A stretch of DNA of 64,000 nt from Octopus vulgaris. Taxonomy: Eukaryota. Location of the stretch: NCBI GenBank assembly GCA_951406725.2, contig OX597838.1:5518001-5582000 (forward strand), read 5' to 3'. Position 1 is the stretch's first letter, and every line of letters begins with the position of its first letter. This document shows positions 1 to 13,380 of the stretch, piece by piece. Position numbers and translations under genes: made by a program. The notes below the pieces were generated by a model. It did no database searches. It saw nothing but the letters and a program-made list of their open reading frames with translations, and was not told the origin of the DNA.

Positions 1-243
1 TTAACAGAAATGATTCTGACGATACTAGCATTAGCTTTGTAGGTCGTTTTTTTTTCAACGAAACAGTAGAGCGATTGATTAAAAGTGTACATAACACACC
101 TATGCCCTCTACTGGAGACACCTGTAATGTAAATTTCTAGCAATAAAGGAAAATACATAATCATCATTACATATACCTTTGTCTTGTGATTGTGTGTGTG
201 TGTATATATACACACACATAACTTTACTCGTTATCTACACAAT

Positions 244-303
<60 letters not shown>

Positions 304-1222
304 GAACATTTATATACACAGATGGGGACAACGGAACATATACACATTTTATATACACATATAGATAGATAAATAGACATTTTAAGAGAAACATAGATAG
401 ATAGATAAATATATAGAGAGAAATAGAAAGAGAGAGGGAGATGTTATTCTTGGAGTAGATTTATTAAACATGTATGCAACTATTTCCAATGTCACTTCGA
501 ATGTTCATCCGTTTTTGGGGAAAATATTTAGTTTTCTTTTTTTTTTTTGTAAATATACATCTGACATGTCAGTGCGTAGAGTAAGAAAATGATGATAGGG
601 TTGTGATACACTCAAAAATGAAATTGTTAATCATTTTACTTTTGCACGTAACACAGTACAACAAAACTATGTTAGTCCAACATCTCAAAAACAACCACAA
701 ATAAAATATAAACAAAAAATACAATACATATATATATATACATATATATATAGGTATATATATATATATATACGTGTATATATATATGCATATATATATG
801 TATATATATGTATATATACGTATATATATACATATATATATGTGTATATATATATATGTATATATATACATATATATATATATACATAGAAAGAGAGAGA
901 GAGAGAGAAGGAGAAGGAGCGATAGAAAGATATACATACTATTTATGTACATATCGCTCTACAGAGAACATTGTTGTTTATGTAAAAAACCGCCAGGGGA
1001 AATATTAAATTATCAACGAAACGAAATACTTTAGCGATTTAGTGTTTTACTGTTTTATGTATCAAACAAAAACAAAAAAACTATTGATGGGATAAAGGAC
1101 AAAATATATATTTTGACTTGCAAGAAAATATTATTGCTTTATAGTCTATGCCTCAATGCGACGTGTGTATGTACCTTTACAAACTCATATGCGTATATAT
1201 GAACGTGTGTGTATATACTTAC

Positions 1223-1274
<52 letters not shown>

Positions 1275-1387
1275 AAATACATACATAGATACATTTATAT
1301 ATATATATATGCTTATATATATATATAATATATCTATATCTATCTATATATCTATCTATGTATATACATACATATATATATATGTAT

Positions 1388-1454
<67 letters not shown>

Positions 1455-1705
1455 TATGCATGTATGTATGTGTGTATCATCTGTACTGATATATTTATAC
1501 TTATACACACAAACACGTGTGTATGCGTGTGATTGTGTGTATACAAAGAGATACAATACCAAAGAGGAATTGGCAATAAAAAATATATTTAAGAACCAGA
1601 CAAAGGCAGAAACGATGAAATTACTTACAGATATATAAAGTAAGTAAAATATAGGGAGATATATAAATAAAAATGGTGTTATATCGATAGTACGTTAAAT
1701 ACACC

Positions 1706-1752
<47 letters not shown>

Positions 1753-1780
1753 GCACATACTCATACACACACACCTATAA

Positions 1781-1835
<55 letters not shown>

Positions 1836-2053
1836 CTTCCTTTTAAACATTCAATACTGAGTTCCAAACTACTGCAGTGGTGGAGCATGCAGAAGAACTA
1901 AATACCTAAATCGGATTTTATCTTAAGTTTCCAATATATATATATTTATCCTTTGGAAATCTACTAATGATTCTGTGTTACTGGGATGTAAACACTCCAA
2001 CATCTGGCGTGGTCTAACACAGGCACTCACACAAATATATATGCATATATATT

Positions 2054-2180
2054 TACGAAGGGCTTCTTTAAGTTTCCGCCTTACAAATCCTCTCACAAGC
2101 CTATAGTCAGCCCGAGGCTTTAGTTGAAAACACTTGGCAAGGTACCCCGCAGTGGGTCTAAACTCGGAACCATTTGGGTT
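2054..2180 (-). mobile_element. SINE family C, 5' half (tRNA-derived, CORE-like)
   Basis: Reverse complement matches the 5' half of 43982-44390 (ccttg..caagtg..tt core; ggaaact..aagaagccc); stops at the internal microsatellite position. Confidence 0.7.
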
Positions 2181-2236
2181 CTGTTTTCGAAATTGAATCT
2201 GGAAGTACATTTAAAGTTCTATGTAATAGTTTGAAA

Positions 2237-2582
2237 TTATGGCATAGGACCAATAGTTGCTAAGCGTAGGGAAAAAGTAGATCAGACCGACTGCTAGACT
2301 TAAGAGGTTCTTATTTCATCGGCCCGAAAATATAAAATGCCAAATTGAATTCCGCCGAATTTGAACTCAGTAACTGGGGACGGACGAAAGGCCGCCGGAT
2401 GTTTTCTGCAGCGTGCTAAGTCTCCTTCCAGCTCATCTCGTCTATAAAGTGATTATTAACGGTTTCAAATCTTGGCACAGGGCCAACAGATTTAAAGAGG
2501 AGCTAAGTTCATTACATCGCCCCCAGTTGCTTAAGTTCTACTTATGTTATAGACCCTGAAAGCATGAAAGGCAAAGTCGACC
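2237..2582 (-). mobile_element. Two degenerate SINE family B copies (about 2237-2441 and 2462-2582)
   Basis: Contain gaatttgaactcag and tgaaaggcaaagtcgacct, as in the better copies at 21364-21597 and 26598-26831. Confidence 0.65.
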
Positions 2583-3116
2583 TATACAGCACAAAGCAGC
2601 AGTAACCACCACACGAACGGCAGCAATAACAGCAACAATAACGAACGAACAACCGCAAAACAAGAATATAAGCAGCAAGAAAACCCATTAATGCCGATGT
2701 GTAAAGAAAAAAAAAAAAGAAAAGAAACCAGAAAACACTTGTGGAAATAAATCTAATCTAAGTTTCGAAAGTGTATTGCAGTATTTCCTGATGGTTAAGT
2801 TGTTTACAGATTGTCAAGTCTTGATTGCTATATTTTGTAACACCGAACCACGCACATATATATATATATATAGATATATCAATGGAAAATGTACAAAAAA
2901 TAAGTAGAAAATAAAGCAGATATTTAAAAAGAATATGAAAGAAGATCAGGGAAAAATGGAAATGGTAAAGCAAAACTCTCAAAGACTTGAAAAATATTTC
3001 AACTGCTGATATTATCGGAAATATCAAAGAAAATTTCGAACATTTACAAAAAAGTATCTCTAATATGGTACAAATATAGGTATGTATATATGCTTGTACG
3101 TATGTATGTTTGTGTG

Positions 3117-3243
<127 letters not shown>

Positions 3244-3294
3244 TATATATACATATATATATATTTATATATATATATATATATTTATATATAC

Positions 3295-3325
<31 letters not shown>

Positions 3326-3344
3326 TATATGTACTTATATCTAC

Positions 3345-3393
<49 letters not shown>

Positions 3394-3534
3394 CACACAC
3401 ATATATATATGTACTTATATCTACGTACATATATATATAAATGTGCAAACACACACACACATATATATGCATATAGTTATTTATTCCTAAGCATATAAAA
3501 GTTAAGTTTAAATAACTCAGATGTTGTGTGCATA

Positions 3535-3568
<34 letters not shown>

Positions 3569-4425
3569 CATATATGCTTAGAAGTTGAAGGGCAGCTGTG
3601 GATGTGATGTGATTTAGCTCTTATTTATATTTTAAAACTCCTTTGTCTAGTGTTCCTTTTATCTCTGTTTATGTTTGCGTTTCGCCTGTTTCAATGTCAG
3701 GTGCTATGTAGAAGTTCGAACGGTGATTAAATCATAGACGTTATGTGTTTGTTGCCTTTTTTGCTGTACTAAGTATTATTGTTCTTCACCTGCATTATGT
3801 TACTGAAAACTGACGTCAAATATCTTACACTTTCTCTCTTTCTCTCCTTCCTCTATCTCCCGCTCTGACACACTCTCTCTCTCTCTCTCTCTCTATCTCC
3901 CTCATTCTCTTTTCGTCACTCCCGTTCTTTTTATTTCACTCGCTAACGTTAAATCTCCCGAGTTGCGATTGTTAATTGCTTTGATATCTACTGAGTGATT
4001 TTCCACATTCAATGATATTGTATCATATCTACAAGTAAAGAGTTTCTAGACATGACACAATATCACGAAATGATTCTCAGTCTATCCAGCAGATTGTAAT
4101 ATACTAAATGACTAAATGTCCAAGTGATTTAACTATATATAATATGGAGACTTGTTCATCCTCAAGATTTATTTCCTTTTAATTACCACTTCATACAGTA
4201 TATGAAATTGTAAAATAAAATGAAATAAATTTTGAGACTAAACAAATCTCCATATTTTATATCGTTATAATTATTGCTAATATACACTCGAAACAATGAT
4301 ACCATCTAGAGAAGCGAACACGGAATATGTCCATCGGTGGGATTTTCAACGTGTGATGTTTTCAACCGATAATAGTCTTAGAATTTAAATACAATTCGAT
4401 GCAGTTAGCAGTAACCTCGAACATC

Positions 4426-4480
<55 letters not shown>

Positions 4481-4484
<4 letters not shown>

Positions 4485-4591
4485 CCTGCTCGCTTAGCCA
4501 GCGGGGTGGCGTCATTCGAAGGCTAAAACAATGCGAACGCATTGTGACCAGCGATGTGTAACTACATCTGATGGACTGGTCGGTCACGTGA
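4481..4591 (+). mobile_element. Isolated 3' module of SINE family A subtype 2, embedded in (TA)n
   Basis: Closely matches 58772-58880 (ttggcctgctc..ttagccagcggggtggcgtcattcgaaggctaaaacaatgcgaacg..ggtcggtcacg), apart from one short indel; (TA)n on both sides. Confidence 0.85.
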
Positions 4592-4611
4592 TATATATAT
4601 ATATATATATA

Positions 4612-5008
4612 TTCTTTCATTTGGTTCAGTCATTTTACAGCAGCAATGTTGGAGCAACACTTTTAGTCGAACACTTCGACCTCATAACTTAGTCATTGTA
4701 AGCGTAATACTTATTCTATCAGTGACTTTTGCCGATCCGCTAGGTAACGGGGACGTACACACACCAACATCAGCTATCAAGCGATGGTGGGGGAAAACAC
4801 AGACACACAAACATATACCTACACACACATATGCATATATATATATATATATATATATATACGACGGGATTCTTTCTCATACCTTCTTCCAAATCCACCC
4901 AGATCCACTCAAGTCTTTTGTCGGCCCGATGCTATAGTAGACGATACTTGCCCAAGGTACCACTCAATAGGACTGAACTCGGAACCATGTGGTTAGGAAG
5001 CAAGCTTT
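4612..5008 (-). mobile_element. SINE family C, near full length
   Basis: Reverse complement collinear with 43982-44390, including the internal (CA)/(TA) tract at about 4800-4862. Confidence 0.8.
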
Positions 5009-5460
5009 TTTATAATTTCTTTATAAATTCGAAAGTAATTTTCACAGTACTACCTGTCCAACAATGTTGGTTGGACTTGTTATGATGAAGGTATTACCTC
5101 AAATGTCTTTTTTTTATTTTTTACCGAAGATGGCGTATATATTTTATTGTGTGTCTATTATACATTAACAAAATTCTAACGAAACACCTGTTATACCTTA
5201 TAGTCACCACATGTGTGCGTGTGTCTTTTTAGATATCTGCGCCGAACTGAGAACGAAACCACAGTCGGATCTCTGGTTAAACGGTATTTCGTACTTACAT
5301 AAGTATTAAAAACTACCGACATTTAATAGCAGTATTGCTTATTTTTACCCCATTGTGAACTCTACGTTACAGTGCCTAGACACATCTGGCGTCCTACGTT
5401 GTGCGGTGCCTTGATTTAATTAAATAATGTAATCAAATTTATGTATTTGTCTGTATGCTT

Positions 5461-5508
5461 GTCTATCTCTCTCTATCTCTCTATCTCTCTATCTCTCTCT
5501 CTCTCTAT

Positions 5509-5570
<62 letters not shown>

Positions 5571-5585
5571 GTCTATCTATCTATC
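5461..5585. repeat. (TCTA)n/(TC)n microsatellite
   Basis: Directly visible; a similar tract lies at 6458-6596. Confidence 0.95.
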
Positions 5586-6486
5586 GATCTGTTTATCTAT
5601 GTGTCTAAGTATATACAAACATACACGCACACATACACATACACACACAGAAATATGCATGTAAACCCAGATACACATGAAGCATGCACACTCATGGACG
5701 CAGTCACGAACACAAAACTCCTCTCTCCTACATATATTTATGAAACATGCATAATTTCTCCAGAATTTACCGCTGCTCATCGTCAGTCGACACAGAAATG
5801 GAAAGCACAGATTAAGGGCTGGTCAGATATCAGTTTAGCAATAAATTTTACTCCAGTGTACTACACGGAATAGATATATATTTCGCGTAAATTCCTATGT
5901 ATTGTTAAACAGATATATATATATAAATAAATCGATTGATGTATGGTCAGAATTCTGCAGAAAATATGTAATCTTGGAAACTGTTCCTCTGTTGCATCCA
6001 CTGTTTTCTGCTAGAATAACGAAGGCTAAGACTCCATCTTAAGAGGGAGTACGTATGTAAAGTCCATTATTTATTCCAGTCTAATCTATATCCGTATATA
6101 TTTGTCGTATGGTATCTTATCATTGTTAAATTGATGTTTCTCCAGGATATTTTATTGACAGGTTGACATAAGTCAAACCTTCGTACGTAAGTCCTGACAA
6201 TAATCAAAATATATACATACAGCTCCGAAGGGAATCGTTGTTGGCCAAGTTTATAAGTTTATAGAATATCCGTCAGCAAACTCAAACAATGAAATCTAAA
6301 ATATAAAATAAAAAAAATATATCTATGCAAAAATATATATCGATTCTGTGTATTGGATAAAATTGAATCACGGGTGTAATGGTGTTGTTTTCTATGAGAA
6401 AAAAAAGTAAAATGTGTTATGTACTAGAAGATGGATACACAGGTCGAGTTGCAGAATCTATCTATCTATCTATCTATCTATCTATA

Positions 6487-6560
<74 letters not shown>

Positions 6561-6627
6561 GCTATCTATCTATTTATTTATCTATCTATCTATATACATA
6601 CAATGTAAATATATATATGTAATATGC

Positions 6628-6668
<41 letters not shown>

Positions 6669-6889
6669 TTAAAATTACTAAGTCTCTCTAAATATATATA
6701 TATTGTTAGGTAGATAGATAGATAGTTTGATAGATAGATATATGTGTAATAGACAAATATGGTATATCATCGATTTTCCTGATTACTTATCACATTGTAT
6801 ATATGTATATATATACGTATGTATATATATATATGTGTGTGTGTGTGTGTTTGTGTGTGTGTGCGTGTGTAGGTATATATGTTCTCACC

Positions 6890-7410
6890 TCTGACCGCCA
6901 TTCTGCGTCAAATTGATAGCAAACGTTTAGACAGTTGAGTTGTGCTACACCGGGAACATTGAATCAATGAAACAAGTTAACTACTGGGAACAATTGAAAG
7001 CGCTACGTCTCTACACCCTGGGGCGAAGTCGTTACGCATATGCACGATTATAAGTATGGATGTCTTGAGAGATATGCAGCGATATGCGTATGGAAATTAT
7101 ACGTTTGGAAGGTATAGATTAGACTGGAATAAATAATGGACTTTACATACGTATCCAGCGATATACGTATGAAGAAGCTTGCCTCGGACTTTGGTATCGT
7201 GAGCTACACCAACCCCCGAACTGGAAGTCACTGCACTGTTCCAATGATCCTAGCTATCCCGTCTAATATGAAACATTCAGCTAGTAACGAGATGCTAAAA
7301 CATCTCAGAGAACTGCATGCAGTAGTGGGAGATGTTTTCAAGAAAAAAACTCGATCTCCTGCTATCAAAGTTGGGCAGCAGTGTCGAACACCCTGATTCA
7401 CAAACGGCCA
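6890..7410 (+). mobile_element. CR1-group LINE, degenerate 3' end of ORF2
   Basis: Translation gives YTGNIESMKQVNYWEQLKALRLYTLGRSR (CR1/L2 motif Y.ERLK.L.L.SLE.RR), then FGIVSYTNPRTGSHCTVP and, across a frameshift, LRELHAVVGDVFKKKLDLLL (FK..LD..L C-terminal motif). Stops and frameshifts present. Confidence 0.8.
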
Positions 7411-7429
7411 ATCGCATAGAATTGGCCAT

Positions 7430-7572
7430 TGTAAAGGTGTTCCTTTGTGTTGAAGAGCATAGGCTCGAAACGTTAAAGACACTCTCACTTCCCGAGCGTT
7501 AAACTGATGTATCTGTTTGTTGTTTACACTCCTGTCTTCGTCTTTGTTTATACTTTTTGTAAATTCCAAGTA
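7430..7572 (+). mobile_element. PLE pseudo-LTR-like fragment with HHR-like motif at 7443-7478 (family H1)
   Basis: cttt-GTGTTGA-A-gagc-atag-gctc-GAAACGTT-aaag; related copies at 24729-24818 (-) and 41131-41290 (+); runs into a (TA)-rich tract. Confidence 0.6.
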
Positions 7573-7614
7573 TATATATAACATACATATACATACTGAT
7601 ATATATATATATAT

Positions 7615-7960
7615 ATTATTAGTGAATGGAAGAAATGGAGTTGAACGAAGATTGAACACAATTCCTTTTATTACATTCTACACATGTTTCAAAGGCCACA
7701 CATTTCCAAATTCTGATTAAATAAGGGTACCATATTGTGGCTTTCGCTTCAGGAAAAAACAGGAATTCCGTTGACAGAACAAAACAAAACAGAGGCGCAG
7801 CAACGCAATTCGAACGAGGACGCTCCTTAAGAGCCCATGGCTGAACTGTTTATCAATGTACGTTGAAATCGTGCTTTTTCTGCTGTGATTTTTGCTACCC
7901 AGGTATCGGTTAAACTTTTGAATAATCTGTAACAAGAAAATTCATCTTTCTATTTCAACA
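7615..7960 (-). mobile_element. PLE pseudo-LTR-like repeat with long-stem-II HHR-like motif at 7676-7755 (family H2)
   Basis: Minus strand reads ttc-CTGAAGC-gaaagccaca..tgtggccttt-GAAAC-atgt-GTA-gaa; flanked by (TA)n on both sides; rearranged second copy at 32059-32342. Confidence 0.65.
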
Positions 7961-8504
7961 AATATATATATATATATATATATATGCGCGTGTGTGTCTG
8001 TGGATAGATAGATAGATATATAGATAGATAGATAGATTGATTGATATACACAGCATGACAATCGAGAACTGAAGCAATCAAGAGTCAGTTAGCCGTTCTA
8101 TCTTACAGCCAACTCGCAATTCAAGTAACGATGATGGCTTCATATTCTCTGAATATTGATTTTACCGCAACACACAACGATATTATAATAATGATAATGT
8201 TTGTCTGTCTACCATGAGGTGTAAATATTTGTCAAGCAGCTACAATATTAATGAAATCTTCTTGCTTGCCTTCTGTCTTTCTTTCAACGTTCGCTCACAC
8301 ACACACACGCACACATACATATATATATATGTGTGTGTGTGTGTATGTATAGATATATATGTATAAATAGACAATATGTATACAAGTATATAAGTATGCA
8401 TATATGTATATGTATATATGTATATGTATATATGTATATGTATATATGTATATGTATATATGTATATGTATATATGTATATATGTATATTTATATATATA
8501 TATT

Positions 8505-8559
<55 letters not shown>

Positions 8560-9164
8560 TATACATGCATATATACATATATATATATATACATGCATAT
8601 ATATATATACATACTTAAATGTATGTATATATTTATACATCATATATATATATATCTAAGATTTATACATCATATCTATCTATCTATATATATATATATA
8701 TAGTTAGATAGATAGATATGATGTATATATATATATATATGCGTATACATATAAAAATGTATATATATATATGAATATATGTATGTATATATATATATGT
8801 GTGTGTGTGTGTATGGGATGTATGGGTGCGTGTGTATACACACACACGTATGTAGACACGTATGTACACGCACACAGACACGTACGTATATCCTTATGTT
8901 TATAAACTATAGGTTTAAAACTTCTCTTTTATTCTGAGGATGAATTCATAATTATTTTTAAGAAAACAGTGTTTGGCTTTTTAAAAACCTATTTGTTGTT
9001 TTAATAAGAATCGTGACGAACGATATTTCGTTGTGTAATTATTTATTCATCTTATTTGTTTATAGCATTTTTTCCCCGTAGAATACAAAATGTATGCGTT
9101 TGCATAACAGTGCGCGCTTGTGTATGTGTGTGTCTCTAATAAATGTTTGTAAATATATGCATAT

Positions 9165-9217
<53 letters not shown>

Positions 9218-9355
9218 AATACATATATAGACACACACATATATACATAAATATATATAAATATATATACATGCATACGCACGTACGTGTATATACATAC
9301 AAACACACATACTCACATACACACACATATATATGTATATATATTAATATATGCA

Positions 9356-9764
9356 TTCTTTTATTTCATTACATGCTCCAGTCATTTGACTGCGAACTTG
9401 TTGAAGCACCGACTTAAAGAGCATTTTTTAGTTGAAGTCATTGACTCCCAGATTTATTCTTTGTAAGTGTAGTACTTATTCTATCAGAGTCTTTTACCGA
9501 ACCGCTAAGTTACTGGGACATAACCACACTAACGTCGGTTGTCAAGTGATGGTGAGCGGACAAACAGACACAAAATCACACACACCCATAAATACATACA
9601 CATACACACACACGCATATATTTTCTTCATACCACATGTTTCTTTCAGTTTCCGTCTACCAAATCAACTAGCAACGTTTTTGTCGGATCGAGGTTACAGT
9701 TGAAAAGCCTTGGACATGGTGTCACGCAGTGGGACTCAATCCGGAATTATGTGGTTGAGAAGCA
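9356..9764 (-). mobile_element. SINE family C, degenerate
   Basis: Collinear with 43982-44390 (ccgaaccgctaagttac; ctttcagtttccgtctaccaaat). Confidence 0.8.
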
Positions 9765-10383
9765 TATTTATTGTGTGTATATTTGTAGTATTATGATTTC
9801 CTGTTATCTCTTAATTTTCTTATTTCAGCCATTAGATAGTGGCCATGCAGGGGCGCCACATTGCAGGTTTACTCGAAGAAAAAAACGATCCTAACACATT
9901 TTTAAAACATAGTATTCGATCGACCTCTCCTATGGCAACACAGCGGAACAGGGGCAACCTTATCAATAGAAGGGAGTTACAGAAATTGACAATAAAATAA
10001 GGGTCTGACACAGCTGTATTGAACCGCAATAAAAGATGTGCTTTTATTTATTTATCCTCCACCTGACTCAGAACATGACATTCTATCGGGAATAGCGCCT
10101 ATTGTCGATGGTGAGTACGTATTTTTCTTTAAATTCTCATTGTACCCAATAGCGCTATCACCCACGTGACCCTTGTGCATTACTCTTTAAGTATCTGCTT
10201 TTTCATATATTTGTATAATATATATTTGGAATAATATTTGTAGTCCATTAGTGTGTGTAAGCGTTGAGTAGAGCACTGGCACAATTCGGGCTACCTGATG
10301 TTATCCACTGTCATGTCATAGTCGAGGGTTGCTGTACCGACTGGTCGGGGGTCGAGCTGTACCGACATAATATAGGGATGATA

Positions 10384-10575
<192 letters not shown>

Positions 10576-11225
10576 TCTTCGGATAGGATTAATGCATCAC
10601 AGTCCATGTTCTTGGAATGATTACAGTGTAATCCGTAGTATAAATATATGTTCATTTATCTACTGATTTCTCGCTGCTGTTCTACAAGTGCAGAAATTAC
10701 AAAAGCTAAGTCTATCCTTATAACACTAATTTTAACCTGGTTCACACGGTATCCTCTTATTAAATGGCTAAGATTCATATTGACGTAACAGAATACAACT
10801 CAGTACAATGCACTGCTCTGACATACAGATATACACACAGATTTCTTCGTGTGTATGTATTAGAAACGCCTGGATTCTGTCATTTATATTTAACCGCACA
10901 CACAATCCATTAATTGCGTTTATATTTAGATTAAAACAAAATTTTATTTGTAACCTTTGATTGTCCTCGTTTCTAAGTGCATTCGTATTTTCGTTTCTTT
11001 AGTACACGATCTGCTTTCATTTACTGAATATTTTCTCAAAAGTTTTATACACAATTCTATTTTGCTAAATCATTTCATTTGTTTCAGCGGTTCTAGGTCT
11101 ATATGTATGAATTGTATCAACGTTGGTGCATTTGTTTATTGTGTTCAAGATTATAGTCTTAATGGATTTATTTATAAATGTGCATGCACTTTACTGTCTG
11201 GCTTCCATCCGCTGTTTATATACTA

Positions 11226-11602
11226 CTAGCAGTATCGCCCGGCGTTGCTCGGGTTTGTAAGGGAAATAACTATAAAGCATTTTTAGAGAGTTATAGCCAA
11301 AAAAATGGAAAAAAAAATTATGGTAAATTTTTTTTGAGAGTTAAAACGGCCGAGTTGCGTCCCCTAGACAGTCTGTGGTTTGTGTTTCTGATTCTCGACC
11401 CCATGTCGAATTTATCGATTTTTCTCAGAACTGGGGGAACTTTTCAAAATTTTCTCTGCGTTAGTTTTGAATTATGACATTGGGCTATGTGTGTGTTAAG
11501 TTTCAACAGAATCGGTTGAAAGCCGTGGTCAGGGTGAGGGTACAAGCTAACAGACACACAGAAACACACACAGACAAACTGCCGTTTATATATAGAGAGA
11601 GA
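11226..11602 (-). mobile_element. Non-autonomous Helitron
   Basis: Minus strand begins TC (tctctctctatatataaa) and ends CTAG, with a subterminal hairpin cccg-agcaacgc-cggg; sits between A and T with no TSD. Confidence 0.8.
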
Positions 11603-11947
11603 TTTTCTTCACGTATATTCATTGTTCCAATTATATGTTACTCTCCTTAACAGCAGCCAATCGGTCAGGACATAACGCTACATGTAAGGCAGGCTTACCC
11701 TTTATATGTGACATATAAATATATATATATACATATATATATTTCTATACATACATATACTAGGGATCTGTTATTGTGTAGGTGTATAAGAAAATATATA
11801 TGCCTAAAACATTTATTGGCCTTTTATGTTTTTTTTAAAAATTGTTTATGTTGCATAATATTATGCTATATCATATTCGTAGAATACCAGAATACCATGC
11901 AATCTAATAAATAAATTATTAGATTGTCAATAGTATCGCTCAATTCA

Positions 11948-12023
<76 letters not shown>

Positions 12024-12032
12024 ATGTATGCA

Positions 12033-12412
12033 GTGGCTCTGTGGTAAGTTTCTTGCTTACCAACTACATGGTTCCAGGTACAGTCCCATTTGGGCAAGTA
12101 TCTTCTACTATAGCCTCGGGCCGACCAAAACATTGTGAGTGAATTTAGTAGACGGAAACTAGAAAAAGCCTGACGTATAGATATGTGTATGTGTATATAT
12201 ATATATATGTTTGTGTGTCGGTATTTGTCTCCACAACATCGCTTCACAACCGATGATGGTGTGTTTACGTCCCCGTAACGTAGCGGTTCGGCAAAAGGGG
12301 CCGAAAGAATAAGTACCAGGCTTACACATAGTAAGTCCTGGGGTCGATTTACCTTGACTAAGGTTTATGATCCAGCTTGGCTGCAGTCACAATGACTAAA
12401 ACAAATAAAATA
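12033..12412 (+). mobile_element. SINE family C
   Basis: tggctctgtggtaag head, ggttc..gtccc B-box-like motif, tgggcaagt core, internal (TA)/(TG) tract, A-rich tail. Confidence 0.85.
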
Positions 12413-12597
12413 ACGTGGATACATATACATATATATGTATATATCTGCTTTTAATATACATATACAGGAATGTACGTATGTATGTACGTATATGCATATA
12501 TGTATATGTATGTATGTCTGAATATAAGTATGCATGCGAGAATCTGTATAGTCATATCTAACAAGCTATGCCTTCTTAATCTATGTATACATCTAGT

Positions 12598-12984
12598 GGA
12601 AGATCAATTGCCCAGTGGTTAGCACAGCGGCCTCGTGGTTGTAGGAATGCGGTTTAGATTCTGAGACCGGGCGTTGTGAGTGTTTATTGAGCAAAAATAC
12701 CTAACGGTCCGGCAGGGGGTGGCTGCGAACCCTGCTATACTCTTTCGCCACAGCTTTTTCTCACTCTTTCTCCCTGTTTCTGTTGTACATGTATTTCAAA
12801 GGACCAGGCTTTTCACACTCTGTTTCACGCTGAATCACCCCCGAGATCTATGTTAGGTGTATACATACATGCGTGTAGAGTGCTCAGCCACTTGCACGTT
12901 AATTTCACGAGCAGGCTGTTCCGTTGATCGGATCATCTGGAACCCACGTTGTCGTAACCGACGGAGTGCCGCGACAACGACGAC
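12598..12984 (+). mobile_element. SINE family A subtype 1 (tRNA-Arg-like head)
   Basis: gcccagtggttag A-box; body shared with 34053-34399 and 61409-61782. Confidence 0.85.
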
Positions 12985-13041
12985 TATCTGTACATCTACA
13001 TATGTGCGTATATACGCACTCACAAGCACGTGTAGATACTT

Positions 13042-13095
<54 letters not shown>

Positions 13096-13302
13096 TACGC
13101 AAGAACCTAGATATATATGTAACTCACTGTTAAAAATGTGTTCCAATAAAATATATTTGCTAGACTCATTGCTTTCAATAAACATTTTAATATTCAATTC
13201 AAGCAGTATTTTTTTATCATGTGTCCATGCTTCAGTGAACAGTCAGCAACAAAGCATATCCTTGTTCCCCTACCTCTCCTCCTGCTCCCTCTTTTTCTCC
13301 TT

Positions 13303-13380
<78 letters not shown>

